Below, piece by piece: positions 1-10,614 of a stretch of DNA of 64,000 nucleotides. The stretch's first letter is position 1. Each line of letters opens with the position of its first letter. The DNA is from Leptospira sp. (GTDB lineage: Bacteria > Spirochaetota > Leptospiria > Leptospirales > Leptospiraceae), in assembly GCA_034439575.1 (NCBI GenBank), contig JAWXAQ010000008.1, forward strand, positions 192,001 to 256,000, read 5' to 3'. The notes beneath the pieces were generated by a model. It did no database searches. It was not told the DNA's origin and worked only from the letters and a program-made list of their open reading frames with translations. Made by a program: the position numbers and the translations under genes.

Positions 1-203
1 TCATAAGAGCCTGGAACCATTCTGCCACGAATTGTATCTGTTTTTACCGAACCGACTGCGGCTTCGATCCCTTGTTTTGCCTTTTCTACATCGCGTGCGA
101 GCATATGGACTTTAGCTCCACCGAAAGCGGCGATAACGCCTGCACTTCCGGCTCCCATCGCGCCATTGGCACCTAAAATCGTGACTGTTTTGATTTCTCT
201 CAT
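1..203 (-). CDS. 3-hydroxyacyl-CoA dehydrogenase family protein, N-terminal part (runs off window)
   Basis: Manual translation from CAT at 201-203: [42 protein letters not shown], a Rossmann-fold start typical of HCDH; not in the ORF track. Confidence 0.8.
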   Translation of the reverse strand, partial: MREIKTVTILGANGAMGAGSAGVIAAFGGAKVHMLARDVEKAKQGIEAAVGSVKTDTIRGRMVPGSY

Positions 204-316
204 GTGAGTTGGTTTCCGAATCTATTTTTACTTACCGTTTTAGAAAAGGAAGGGGCTAGGAAAATGATTTTTTTTGTCATTTTTGTTACAATGTGAGGAG
301 CCAAAAGAAGATCGCG

Positions 317-344
317 ATCTAGGTATCCCCGCCCTGCCTGTGTG
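317..344. repeat. GC-rich palindromic intergenic element (left arm and loop; hairpin continues to about 354)
   Basis: TCTAGGTATCCCCGC pairs imperfectly with GTGGGGAACTAGA; GC-rich patch in AT-rich DNA. Confidence 0.5.
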
Positions 345-559
345 GGGAACTAGACCCGCCGCCCAATGCTTTCTCCATATCACGGCAGGATATTTTTCTC
401 GAGCAGGATTTTCAAAATTCAAAATTTTCTTCTTCTAAGTTCGGGATTTTTCCTAATCAGAATTTTGGTTCTTATGGGCCAGCTCTCTTCGGGAAACTAT
501 AGAAATTTTATAACATTCCTCGAAAGTGAGAAAATTCTAAATTTCGAGGATTTCCACTT

Positions 560-955
560 TCATTTCAGTCGGACCAAAACTCCTTTGCGTTTCACAATAT
601 TCTTATAGTCCCATTGTATCTCTCTGGCTTTCGTTAACCAACGTTTTAGATCTTTGGTTTTGATTTGTTCAGCGTTCGTATATGTAATGGATGCATCTTT
701 GAACTTCGCTTCTTTACTAGGAACTAGAAATTCTTCCTCAAAACTCGCGCCACTCCAAAACATTAATCTTAGACCTGCCTTCAATTTGCTATAACCCACG
801 ATAGGATTTCCATCCAAGAACCAAACAGGATGTCCATGCCAAATTTTATTCTCTGCTTCTTTTAAATTTTTGCAGATCGCATCATATAACAGATCGCATA
901 TGAGTATATCGTCAATAGATTGTTTGTCGTGATATTTTTTAATGTCTTTATTCAT
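560..955 (-). CDS. DUF1801 (YdhG-like) domain protein
   Basis: KIWHGHPVWFLDGNPIVGY and LMFWSG motifs. Confidence 0.8.
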   Translation of the reverse strand: MNKDIKKYHDKQSIDDILICDLLYDAICKNLKEAENKIWHGHPVWFLDGNPIVGYSKLKAGLRLMFWSGASFEEEFLVPSKEAKFKDASITYTNAEQIKTKDLKRWLTKAREIQWDYKNIVKRKGVLVRLK

Positions 956-1020
956 AGGATAAATGAAACCAAAATATAAAGCATAGAAATCGTTTTCCCA
1001 AAAGCAATCTTAAAAATTTG

Positions 1021-1102
1021 GGCGTCCGGGCCGGCTCACTCCGGGGTGCGCTGTCGCTCCCGTCTGCCCTTGGCAGACCTAAGCCCTACGGATCCGTGAC
1101 GC
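1021..1102. repeat. GC-rich REP/MITE-like palindromic element
   Basis: Ends GCGTC...GACGC are inverted; internal perfect hairpin GTCTGCC-CTT-GGCAGAC; much higher GC than flanks. Confidence 0.6.
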
Positions 1103-1123
1103 AAAAAAATCATTTTATTTTCC

Positions 1124-1152
1124 TTGACAATAGTTTCTTAGGAAACTATATT
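1124..1152 (+). promoter_or_regulatory. Sigma70 promoter with overlapping palindromic (MarR) operator
   Basis: TTGACA(1124-1129)-17 bp-TATATT(1147-1152); spacer holds ATAGTTTC-TTAG-GAAACTAT (1130-1149). Confidence 0.85.
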
Positions 1153-1169
1153 GGGTTTCGGTTTGATTT

Positions 1170-1643
1170 ATGAAAAAAAATTCGGCACTAAATAAAGTGA
1201 GCCATCTAAAATCTCATATTGGTTATCACCTAAGGGTCGTTTCAAATGCTGTCTCTCATTCATTTGCGAGAAAATTAGCTACGACAGATGTTACGGTAGC
1301 AGAATGGGTTATTCTTAGAGAGATGTTTTCCAATGATGAAAAAACTTCACCGAGTTTCATTGCTGAGATTACTGGCCTTAGTCGTGGGGCTGTTTCAAAA
1401 TTGATAGATAGATTGCTTCACAAAGATCTTGTTACACGGATTGAGTCCGATGGGGATCGCCGGTACCAAGAGATCAACTTAACTCCGAATGCTCGCAAAT
1501 TGATTCCAAAGTTAGCAATGATAGCTGATGAAAATGATGAAAATTATTTTTCAGTTCTTACGGAATCAGAGCGAAAAAATATAATAAAATTACTCATTAA
1601 ACTTACAGAAGTTCATAAACTTAAAACAAACCCTATAGAATAA
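1170..1643 (+). CDS. MarR family transcriptional regulator
   Basis: wHTH SRGAVSKLIDRL and DRR wing motif. Confidence 0.92.
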   Translation: MKKNSALNKVSHLKSHIGYHLRVVSNAVSHSFARKLATTDVTVAEWVILREMFSNDEKTSPSFIAEITGLSRGAVSKLIDRLLHKDLVTRIESDGDRRYQEINLTPNARKLIPKLAMIADENDENYFSVLTESERKNIIKLLIKLTEVHKLKTNPIE

Positions 1644-1655
1644 GAGGAAATTCAA

Positions 1656-2072
1656 ATGAATCAGATCACGGAACAATTATTAAATGCACAAAAATTCGCC
1701 ATGTCCATACGCCCAAAAATTGGTGGGTTCCCTGTGCTCGCTGAAGTCCTTCGCCAAGCAGGCGTTCTAAGAAATGTGTGGTCATTGCCCTCTTGTCAGT
1801 CAGTATACGTTATGAAGGAAGGAAGCGTGGTACAACAAGGAAATCCACTTGTCACAGGAACCCATGAAATACCAAAATTCAGGCAAGAAGCTTTAATTAC
1901 TGCACTCAGAACTGACCAGGAAGGTGGAAGTACATTTCCAGAATTTTTACAATCCGCATGGAATGCTGGCGTCATTGGATACAATGCAGACTTTGTGAAT
2001 CGAATTGTGAATTACTACGGCGCCAATGGAGAAAGTTACTTAGAAGAATACCCGCTGGTAAAAGTGAATTGA
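1656..2072 (+). CDS. DUF1398 family protein
   Basis: Duplicated FP..L..AGV motif and TFPEFL..AWNAGV; RBS GAGGA upstream. Confidence 0.8.
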   Translation: MNQITEQLLNAQKFAMSIRPKIGGFPVLAEVLRQAGVLRNVWSLPSCQSVYVMKEGSVVQQGNPLVTGTHEIPKFRQEALITALRTDQEGGSTFPEFLQSAWNAGVIGYNADFVNRIVNYYGANGESYLEEYPLVKVN

Positions 2073-2122
2073 AACATTCATTCTTTATAAAATTTGAAAA
2101 CTTTAAAAAAAATTATTTTGAT

Positions 2123-3172
2123 TTAAGGATCTTGCTTATCAAAAGCTTTTTGGAAAAAAAACGAAAATGATGACACTAATTTCGGAACTTCTAATAAAGT
2201 TTTTAAATTAAATCCAGTATCACCATGAGATATTAAAGTTGTTATACAAAGTTTACAATCAACACCATGTTCATTTAGTTTGTCATATAACTTAGATGAT
2301 TCGTTAGCTGGGACAACATCATCCTTTGTTCCATGAATTAGCAATATCGGGGTATTCAATTTATGGATATGATTCATTACCGATAAAGCTGACAGTAAAA
2401 TACGATTTTTTCCACCTTTACGTAAAATTGTATTCCAGTGTTTCATTCTAAATTCAGTATCATATTTTAATTTATTGAAAAAGTCCTTATCAGCTTTTTT
2501 CATTTTCGAATAATGGGGTTCAAGTAGATTGTCTTTGTATTTGAAATAATTATCCAAAATAGCTAGTTTTAATGCTTTGAATAAATTTTCATTTTTGCCT
2601 ATAGAAATAGGTAAAAAGTTGAGAAGTAATATCATTCTTCCGTACTCATCCATTTTTTGGTTAGAAAATAAATTTCCAATGATGTCTTCCACATTTCCAT
2701 AAGCGCCGATTGTACATATGGAATTGATTTTATTTGAAATATTATCATCACTGGCAGCAATAAGACTTAAAGATCCTGAAAACGATGGAGCGAAAATAGA
2801 AACTTTGCCAGATCGACTAAATTCTTTTTTGTTAGCGATGTACAGTATAGAGTTTTTAATATCGTCTACATTGCGAAGGGAAATTTTATAATCACAAATT
2901 TCATCATAATAAGGACTTATTACCGTATAACCAAGATTACAAAGACTTTTGTTAACAATTATAAATCTAGGATCACGATTACCTAATGGTGCAAGACCAT
3001 TGATCGTTACTATGGTACCTAGAGAATTTGTTTTTGGTGAATAATAATCTGCCCGAAGTGAGCGATTTTTGATCGGAATTTGAATTTCGCGAATTCCAAA
3101 TATTGAATCGTTCTTACTTTGAAGCCCGATTAAGAATTTTATGGATTTAATCCATGAGGTTACTGTATTCAT
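2123..3172 (-). CDS. alpha/beta hydrolase
   Basis: Nucleophile elbow APSFSG, PILLIHGTKDDVVP, C-terminal SHG. Confidence 0.75.
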   Translation of the reverse strand: MNTVTSWIKSIKFLIGLQSKNDSIFGIREIQIPIKNRSLRADYYSPKTNSLGTIVTINGLAPLGNRDPRFIIVNKSLCNLGYTVISPYYDEICDYKISLRNVDDIKNSILYIANKKEFSRSGKVSIFAPSFSGSLSLIAASDDNISNKINSICTIGAYGNVEDIIGNLFSNQKMDEYGRMILLLNFLPISIGKNENLFKALKLAILDNYFKYKDNLLEPHYSKMKKADKDFFNKLKYDTEFRMKHWNTILRKGGKNRILLSALSVMNHIHKLNTPILLIHGTKDDVVPANESSKLYDKLNEHGVDCKLCITTLISHGDTGFNLKTLLEVPKLVSSFSFFFQKAFDKQDP

Positions 3173-3706
3173 TTATATAATCAGTTTATTTGGAAAAAAA
3201 TTATCCTAAGCAGTTGATGTAGCATTCAAAGAATTAAATATGTTATGTGAGATCTGAGCTATCGGCCTACTTTTAAAATAATTTGTAAACTATCTTTTTA
3301 TCTCAAATATATGATAAAATTTTTAGTAATATTACAATTTGATTCGAATTGCCTTGAGTGGTTTATGAATGATAATGTAACTAAGTTTCAGAAAATCAAA
3401 ATTATATGTTATGAGAACAATAGGTGTTCATTTTAACAGACTAAAAAAAAATTAAAAATTTGCTTCTTATCAATTTGGCACTAATAGTAAGATTCAAGTA
3501 TTTAATAGATTAAAGTAAAAAAGTATAGCAAGGGATTCGGAGCTAGTGAACATAAAAATAAAGAGGTTATACAAAATTAAAGCTCAAAAATACTTAAGTC
3601 TTAAAAAACTACGTTGAAGCAATCTGAACGATATTAAAATTAAATTAAAATTTCTAAATTATTTTATATTGAATTTTATTATTTGGTTTCGTTGTGTTTT
3701 GTCCAT

Positions 3707-3840
3707 GCGCCAGCGATCGAAGCGAAAATCCTTTGCCTACCTAAAACATGCAAACGATTTATAAAACATGGCAAAGATTGTAGCGGAGAGCGCGGTAGTT
3801 TTGATAATTAAATGTCCAAAATGTATCCAATGCTAGGCGC
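3707..3840 (+). repeat. Family-B palindromic element, copy 1
   Basis: GCGCCAGCGATCGAAGCGAAAATCCTTTGC...GCAAAGATTGTAGCGGAGAGCG...ATCCAATGCTAGGCGC; homologous to 40168-40303 and 42367-42470. Confidence 0.8.
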
Positions 3841-4197
3841 CAATCATAGTATCAGCTTTAGAAATCTAACCAGTTCAATTAAGATAAACTCAGATAAAAT
3901 TATACAAATCTAGGCAAAAATGTCCCCATTTTTGGATCTTCTGGATCTATAACAGAGGGATTGGGACTGGCATTTGATACAAACAATACTCTAAATGTAA
4001 ATTAAAGTTTAATGGGCATATAGGTGGTATGAAAAATCCTGTGAAACCAAATTTTGCTCATTCAATCGTTCGATTTGTAAAGTGAAGATTCGTAAAATTA
4101 TAATACCGTGAATTTATAAAACATGGTTCAATTTATTTCATGATTTAAATAAAAATTAATAGACTAAAATTGAAATCTTTAATAGATTAAGCGTCCT

Positions 4198-5728
4198 TTG
4201 TATAAGAACAAACCTGTTTATCTTCAGTTAGAATTCCAAACATTGGTTTATTTCTTGCGTAGATTCACTAGAAAATCTTCGGTTTTATTAGCTATTATCT
4301 TTTGTTTCCAATTTTGCCAGCAGAGTTTTGGCCGAGAGGAATTGGATCCAAACATACCAATTGGTATGACCTTGCATTTGTTGCCTTTTTTATTACCAGT
4401 TCCGACCGAAAGCAATACTAAAGAATTTCATTATTTTTATGTTCCTAATAGTGTTTCGTATGGTGTCATCGCGGGTCTCAATGTAAATGTCACAACTCCT
4501 TTTGGAACTAATCGTAGTGCGCTCATGCCACATTTTTTACATTCTGGGAAAGATATTTCCAAAAATGGAGTCACACAGATTTCTGGAGAAACGAAAAATG
4601 ATTTTACATCAACTAACGCATATTTAATAACAGCAGAAAATCAATCGACAAAAACCTACCAAGTAACAATCACAAACGGTCTTTCTACATCGAAAGCTTT
4701 GACAAATTTCCAATTTGACACTCTAGTTACTCGTGGAGTATTCATTGGAACAACTTTCGTTATGAACGTTCCCTATGGATCAGATCTATCAAACCTATCT
4801 CAATAAAGACGTTTCTTCTCTTTCACCGATTGTGTCCCATCTCGGTCGATCGGTTCGGATCAACAATCAAAATCATGTGAATGATGTGTCAATGTATGAT
4901 TTTAGAAACCAATTGGAATTGGTGATCGAATCCTATGATGGAAATACTAGAACGTATTCCGTACGTGCAGGCACTTGGTGTGTTGATACGATAATAGGTG
5001 GAGCATATTCTGGCAAACCTTACCGGACTTATTTTCCTATGGGAAATGGATCGGGACAATATAATTTTTACCATTGGACATCTTCACGGTTTGTAGTGGG
5101 CGCTACATTGGCTTACGCCATATGGGGAACCACCCCAAAACCATCTGAAAAACTATCGGATATAGAAGTCGAAAGTGTAAAAAATATACTATTGGAATTG
5201 GAACAAGAAGAAAAAGATTCACAAAACAAATCAGAAATGTTACATGACCTGACTTTTCCTGGATGGGGACATTTATAAAGAATGGAACCAGCGTTTGGTT
5301 ATATTTATGGAGGATTATTTCTGGGTTCTATTGCCGGCATAACACAGTGAACGCTACATTAAAATAGTATGAATTCCGAATATAAAGACACAGTCACTCT
5401 AATGACTCAATCAGCTTTCCTATTAAATCCTACATTAGATAGAAATATAAGTTTAAATCATTTGGTGTTATCTACATATTTAGTAGATCAAAAGTTTGAT
5501 GAAAAAAGAAATGCCGAGCGGCAACAAATAAACGCGATCTCGTTTGTTACGGCGATTTATTTGATTCAAATCCTTCACCTTTATTTTTTTCCTGGTAAAG
5601 AAGAAGCCTTAGAAAAAATTACTAGTGAAGGGTATAACAGACTTAATTTCTCCTTCCAAAGTGAGACTTTACGTACAACTCGGGAATTGAATTCACAGGC
5701 CGATATGAAATACGTCTTGGTTTTTTAA
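4198..5728 (+). pseudogene. Decayed mosaic of surface (lipo)protein fragments: Ig/cadherin-like repeats, an Lcl/DUF1566-like piece and a PGWG membrane-protein piece
   Basis: Frame switch near 4795; repeats YLITAENQSTKTYQVTI and LVIESYDGNTRTYSVR; one frame from 4775 to 5728 broken by stops at 5276, 5348 and 5360. Confidence 0.7.
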
Positions 5729-5773
5729 TAAAATATTAAAACTCATTTTCTTTAAATTCTTTGGATGTTAAAT

Positions 5774-7054
5774 CTATTTGGATGTTTTACTTTCAAGAAA
5801 ATATGTCATCATAGGACCTTTGCCTTTAATTTCGATGCGTCCCCTTTCTGTAAAAATATAATTACCTTTTAACAAATTATATGTGATCTCTGAAACTTGA
5901 ATTTTCCCGGGTAGGCTATGTGATTCCATTCTGCTTGCTATGTTGACAGTGTTGCCCCATACATCATAACTAAATTTCGATATTCCGATAACGCCTGCTA
6001 TAGCAGGACCAGAATGAATTCCAATTCTCAGATCAAGTTTGTGAATATTATTTTCATTAAATTTGTGAATAGTTTGGATCATTTCAAGTGCAAAATTTGC
6101 AATCTTAATTGCATGGTCCTTAGTTGCAATTGGTAATCCTCCAGCTATCATATAAGCATCACCAATGGTTTTTATTTTTTCTAATTCGTACTTTTGAATG
6201 AGTAAATCAAATTCAGAGAAAATTTGATTTAAAAAAGTCACTAGTTCAACGGGATTCATTTTTTCTGAAAGTGGTGTGAAGCCAACTATATCAGCAAACA
6301 AAATAGTAATTTCAGAAAATCCATCAGCAATAGCATTTCTACTCAATTTAAGTCTATCAGCTATAGGCACTGGTAAAATATTGTGAAGTAGATTTTCGCT
6401 TTTCTTTTTCTCATCGTCTAACTTCTTCTTTTCGTCCTCAAGTGCCAGTTCGGCCTTTCTATAATTGGATGCGATATAATAAAAAAATCCTAAAATAAAA
6501 ATCATTAATCCAATGTTATTATTTAACCTGGATAGAAAATTAAACTCATCAGGAAACTTAACGAAGCCTGGGTGAACGGAAAACCAAAATTCGAAAAATA
6601 TGAAAGTAAGAGAAACTAAAATTTGGATGATATATTGATAGATTTTTTCATGAATATCAAAATAAAAATAACTAACGGCGATGATTGCTAATAAAAACAA
6701 ATGGAAATTTTGTTCTGTACCGAGAATTAATGAAGTTATCGAAATATTAAACCAAGCGGCTAGAAGCCCATACATTTTAGCAGTTAAGTATGATCTCTTA
6801 TAATTAAAATAAAATAATGGAAAATATAAAGTAAGACCCAGACTTAAGGTTACAAGTAATGGAAATGTTTGTGGTAAGTATAATATTATAATTGGATAAA
6901 AATTTAAACCGGTAAGGATAGTGATTAAATTTATTCCATTAGTTAGGCGAATTGTTTTGATTTGAAGAGTTTCGAGTTTTGCGTGAACTCCGATGTTTAT
7001 AATTTTATTCCAAAAATGGATCATTTTCGTAATCTCTAGATTTGAATTAACCAA
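5774..7054 (-). CDS. Membrane-bound class III adenylate/guanylate cyclase
   Basis: About 6 TM segments; intact motifs FADIVGFT, KIKTIGDAYM, YDVWGNTVNIASRMES. Confidence 0.93.
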   Translation of the reverse strand: MVNSNLEITKMIHFWNKIINIGVHAKLETLQIKTIRLTNGINLITILTGLNFYPIIILYLPQTFPLLVTLSLGLTLYFPLFYFNYKRSYLTAKMYGLLAAWFNISITSLILGTEQNFHLFLLAIIAVSYFYFDIHEKIYQYIIQILVSLTFIFFEFWFSVHPGFVKFPDEFNFLSRLNNNIGLMIFILGFFYYIASNYRKAELALEDEKKKLDDEKKKSENLLHNILPVPIADRLKLSRNAIADGFSEITILFADIVGFTPLSEKMNPVELVTFLNQIFSEFDLLIQKYELEKIKTIGDAYMIAGGLPIATKDHAIKIANFALEMIQTIHKFNENNIHKLDLRIGIHSGPAIAGVIGISKFSYDVWGNTVNIASRMESHSLPGKIQVSEITYNLLKGNYIFTERGRIEIKGKGPMMTYFLESKTSK

Positions 7055-7093
7055 GCAATAATTATTCTATTCAATTCCTTCCAATTTGAAATA

Positions 7094-7594
7094 TTGAAAC
7101 AAGTGAATGTCCAAGAATTAAAGAAAAATCTATATGATCGATTAGATCTCCATATTACCAAATATATCGAAGATTCAGAAAGCATGGATTATAAAGCCGT
7201 TTCTTTCCATTTGAATGAATTATCCATCATTTCGCGTAACTCTAAAATCACGCCGAAAAAAATCGGACAATTTGTGACTTTATGGAAGCGAAACTCGGAT
7301 GGTATTATCATTCCATTCGGCTATAACGATAAATTTGATATAGTTTTAATAAATACTAAGAAGGGAAATTCAATCGGGCAATTTGTATTTCCAAAAAGCA
7401 TTTTAATTAAACAAGGTATACTCTCTGATCAAAACCAAAAAGGAAAGCTTGGATTTAGAATTTATTTACCTTCAGATAAACCAACTAATAAACAAGCATT
7501 GAAAACGAGAAATTGGATGAGCGAATATTTCATCGAGATTGATCTTGAAGGGTTTACACACCTTGCGAGTATTCGGCGGTTATATGGTCTATGA
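7094..7594 (+). CDS. MepB family protein
   Basis: KITPKKIGQFVTLWKR, GQFVFPK, GKLGFRIY motifs. Confidence 0.85.
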   Translation: MKQVNVQELKKNLYDRLDLHITKYIEDSESMDYKAVSFHLNELSIISRNSKITPKKIGQFVTLWKRNSDGIIIPFGYNDKFDIVLINTKKGNSIGQFVFPKSILIKQGILSDQNQKGKLGFRIYLPSDKPTNKQALKTRNWMSEYFIEIDLEGFTHLASIRRLYGL

Positions 7595-7614
7595 ATTGGT
7601 TGAAACAAATTATC

Positions 7615-8301
7615 TTACGCAGAACATCTGTCTGGTGAATCGGAAAAATGATGCATAAATCCCTCGATTTCAAGGATTCTTTCAGTATGTTTACCTTTTA
7701 AAAATTGATTCGTTTTAATATCGATTGGACTTTGATTTTTAAATTTGATTTGGAAAGTATCAGTTGTTATCCATTTATAGGTTCCTTCATATTTTAAATG
7801 GATCAATTTTCCATCGTTATCATCGAATGATTTTTTTGTATAAACAAAGGTCCCTTTAGGATCAAAATTGAATTGGTCTATATGTCCGTATGCTCCAGGG
7901 CTTGGTCCATACCAAGTAATCCGAGTGAATATTGTTTTTTGATCGAAACCAGCGAGAATTCCAAATTGAAATGTATCTTTGATGATTTTAAGATCTTTGT
8001 CTTTTAGCATAGTTTCGCGGTAAGATGGTTTATTTTGAACCGCTGTTTGAAGCAATTTGTAGATGTTCGAATCTTCTTCCATATCTTCGCAAAGACTCAT
8101 TTGAACTGCATAAACACAGGCTAGATTATAATTTGCATATGGATCATTTGGATTTTGGTTTATAGATTTTTTAAAATACTCTATAGCTTTCGCATAATCT
8201 TTATTATAGAATGCATCTATTCCTTTTTTGTTAAATTCTGCATTTGTCTGAGCAAATATTGGAAAATATATTAGAAAGATGATCCAGAATCGAATTTTCA
8301 T
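7615..8301 (-). CDS. Secreted TPR protein
   Basis: Signal peptide; TPR FNKKGIDAFYNKDYAKAIEYF...YNLACVYA. Confidence 0.8.
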   Translation of the reverse strand: MKIRFWIIFLIYFPIFAQTNAEFNKKGIDAFYNKDYAKAIEYFKKSINQNPNDPYANYNLACVYAVQMSLCEDMEEDSNIYKLLQTAVQNKPSYRETMLKDKDLKIIKDTFQFGILAGFDQKTIFTRITWYGPSPGAYGHIDQFNFDPKGTFVYTKKSFDDNDGKLIHLKYEGTYKWITTDTFQIKFKNQSPIDIKTNQFLKGKHTERILEIEGFMHHFSDSPDRCSA

Positions 8302-8343
8302 TTTGTAGTCCTTTTCAGTAAAAATTTAACCTTTAAAGTGAGA

Positions 8344-9228
8344 TTATTTAATATTTTTAGAAACAAAAGATTTAGATATTTGATCCGCTTCACTTTGTGT
8401 TAACCATTCTTTTTCTTTAAAAATTTCTAGACATACATCTATTGTATCGCTCGGAATGTTTGTTGCAAAATGATAAAGTTCCACATAACTAAGTTTCCCA
8501 CCCTTTTTTGTCATAGATTTTTCAATTTCACTCACAAAGGAAGATGCGATTCGCAGTTTAACAAATACCATTGTATAACTTTCTAAAAAATTTAAAAATT
8601 CTGTATCGGATTTATCAACTGCTAGACTGAAAGCATAATCGTATAAGTTTACATCTTCAGAAAATACTTTTGTTAAATCATTGCCCAAAGATTTGAAGAG
8701 ATTTAAAATTTCATCTTGGTTTACTGCTCCACTTAGTGTTAGCATTTTAATATGTACTAAATCAATTCGAGATAACAAACCTTTTGCTGGCTCAAGGTTC
8801 CAAGTTCTCGAAATAGCATTTTTTAATAATACTGCATACTGTGGTTTCGATAAATATTTCCAATAGGAACTAAATAGTTCTGGAATCGGGCGATTTAATA
8901 ATTTTGCCTTGTGGATGGATGTGATTTGGCAGTAAAATAATTCAGAAAGTGCCTTTGAAGAAAATAAAGGATTTTGGAGGATTTTCTTTATTAAGGATTC
9001 ATCCATAAATCTTAAGTAATAATCCATCAAATAGGCAAATCCTACATCCTTTTCTATTTCATTAGATAATACGGCGGGATGAATATCAGAAAGTACATTT
9101 TCAATCAATTTCAATTTTGGGACATTGTCATATACAAGTGAAAATAGTTCTTTAAGTTTTTGGTTATGATCTTCTGAATTCATGTTTTCGTAGTAACTAT
9201 ATTTAGATAGGGGAATGTAGTTTGGCAA
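8344..9228 (-). CDS. Hypothetical alpha-helical protein
   Basis: 294-aa ORF with TTG start; no recognised motif. Confidence 0.7.
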   Translation of the reverse strand: MPNYIPLSKYSYYENMNSEDHNQKLKELFSLVYDNVPKLKLIENVLSDIHPAVLSNEIEKDVGFAYLMDYYLRFMDESLIKKILQNPLFSSKALSELFYCQITSIHKAKLLNRPIPELFSSYWKYLSKPQYAVLLKNAISRTWNLEPAKGLLSRIDLVHIKMLTLSGAVNQDEILNLFKSLGNDLTKVFSEDVNLYDYAFSLAVDKSDTEFLNFLESYTMVFVKLRIASSFVSEIEKSMTKKGGKLSYVELYHFATNIPSDTIDVCLEIFKEKEWLTQSEADQISKSFVSKNIK

Positions 9229-9289
9229 GTAATTGTAGCTTGCTTATGGTCATAAACACTAAAAAAATATCTTTTAAGAAGAAATTTGT

Positions 9290-10072
9290 ATGATAAAAAA
9301 AATTTCCTATTTTCTAATATTTTTGATAATAACACAACAATTATTCGGCATGGATATTAAACCTAAATTTAAATGGTATGAGAAAATATTACTTTATCCC
9401 TTGTTAGTTCCGTATTTTGCGAGTAAAGAATTATTTAAATATGTAACTGAAACCAGAACTATAACACCTTTACATAAAGCTGTTACGGGTAAGAATCATC
9501 AGGATGAAGTGATTAGATTAATCAAAAGTGGTGAAAATATAAATGCAAAAGATCACTCAGGTAGAACACCTTTGCATTATGCGGCTTTGAATCATAGAGA
9601 GGAAATGATTCTATTACTATTAGCAAATGGAGCTGATATAAATATCCAAGATGATGAAAAGTCTACGGTCATGAGTTATATTTCTTTTATAAACGATCTT
9701 TCCGTTTTGAAAGCGATTATAAAATTTGGTGGCAATATTCATGAGACCACCGATTTAACAGAGGATACGGTTCTTCATAATTTTTGTGCCTCAGGGAAAC
9801 CTAACATTGTAAAATTTCTTTTGGATATAGGTGCCAAAAAGGATTTACAGAAATTAAATTTTAGAAAAGAATCGGTTTTGCATAAAGCTGTTTTATCTAA
9901 GTCAAAAGAAAAATTAGATGTACTTAAAATTCTAATTGAAAATGGTGCAGATAAGAATGTTAAAAATGAAAAAGGAGAATCTCCATTAGAACTTGCTGAA
10001 AAACTAATGAATGATCCATTTGTAGATCAAAGGTTAACAAAATTACAAATAAAATATCTAAGACAAAAATGA
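9290..10072 (+). CDS. Secreted ankyrin-repeat protein
   Basis: Signal peptide; TPLHKAV, GRTPLHYAA, GESPLELA. Confidence 0.9.
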   Translation: MIKKISYFLIFLIITQQLFGMDIKPKFKWYEKILLYPLLVPYFASKELFKYVTETRTITPLHKAVTGKNHQDEVIRLIKSGENINAKDHSGRTPLHYAALNHREEMILLLLANGADINIQDDEKSTVMSYISFINDLSVLKAIIKFGGNIHETTDLTEDTVLHNFCASGKPNIVKFLLDIGAKKDLQKLNFRKESVLHKAVLSKSKEKLDVLKILIENGADKNVKNEKGESPLELAEKLMNDPFVDQRLTKLQIKYLRQK

Positions 10073-10614
10073 ATTCAAATTATATAAATTGGATATTAAG
10101 TTTAATCTTAGCTTTTCTATGCGTATATATTGTTGGTTATGTGAATTGGGAAAATCAAAAAAAGGGGATTGAAATAATACCATTAAATGATTTTGAAGAA
10201 ATAAAAAATAAAATTTTACCGATTGCTGAATATTCAATGCAAATAGGTGACTTTCGGACTTTGGATTTAGAATTTAATCCTTATAAAAATAGATTATACC
10301 TCATCATTGTCGCAGTAAATTCATCTAAATCTTATGAAAGTCATGCGAACAATAGAATCATAATTCCTAGAAAAGAACTTTTTTCTAAGTCCTATTCTTA
10401 TAATTTCAAATTGTATGATTTGTATTTTAATTCAATAGAATTCCGATCTTGGAACGGAGAGTATAAAAGTTGGGTAAAATATCTATTTGATACACTGACT
10501 AGAAAAAACCATTATCGTTTTTACCTGACAAAATGGCTTTTAATTTCCTTTGGGATATGGCTTGGGTTATTTTATTCTATTAGTCATTATGGAAAAACAA
10601 GAAATCGTCATTAA
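10069..10614 (+). CDS. Hypothetical membrane protein (N- and C-terminal TM)
   Basis: ATGA overlap with the ankyrin gene; two hydrophobic segments. Confidence 0.7.
   Translation: MNSNYINWILSLILAFLCVYIVGYVNWENQKKGIEIIPLNDFEEIKNKILPIAEYSMQIGDFRTLDLEFNPYKNRLYLIIVAVNSSKSYESHANNRIIIPRKELFSKSYSYNFKLYDLYFNSIEFRSWNGEYKSWVKYLFDTLTRKNHYRFYLTKWLLISFGIWLGLFYSISHYGKTRNRH

Noticed and set aside
240-608. ORFs 240-422 and 366-608
   Set aside because: They overlap structured intergenic elements and have no recognisable protein features
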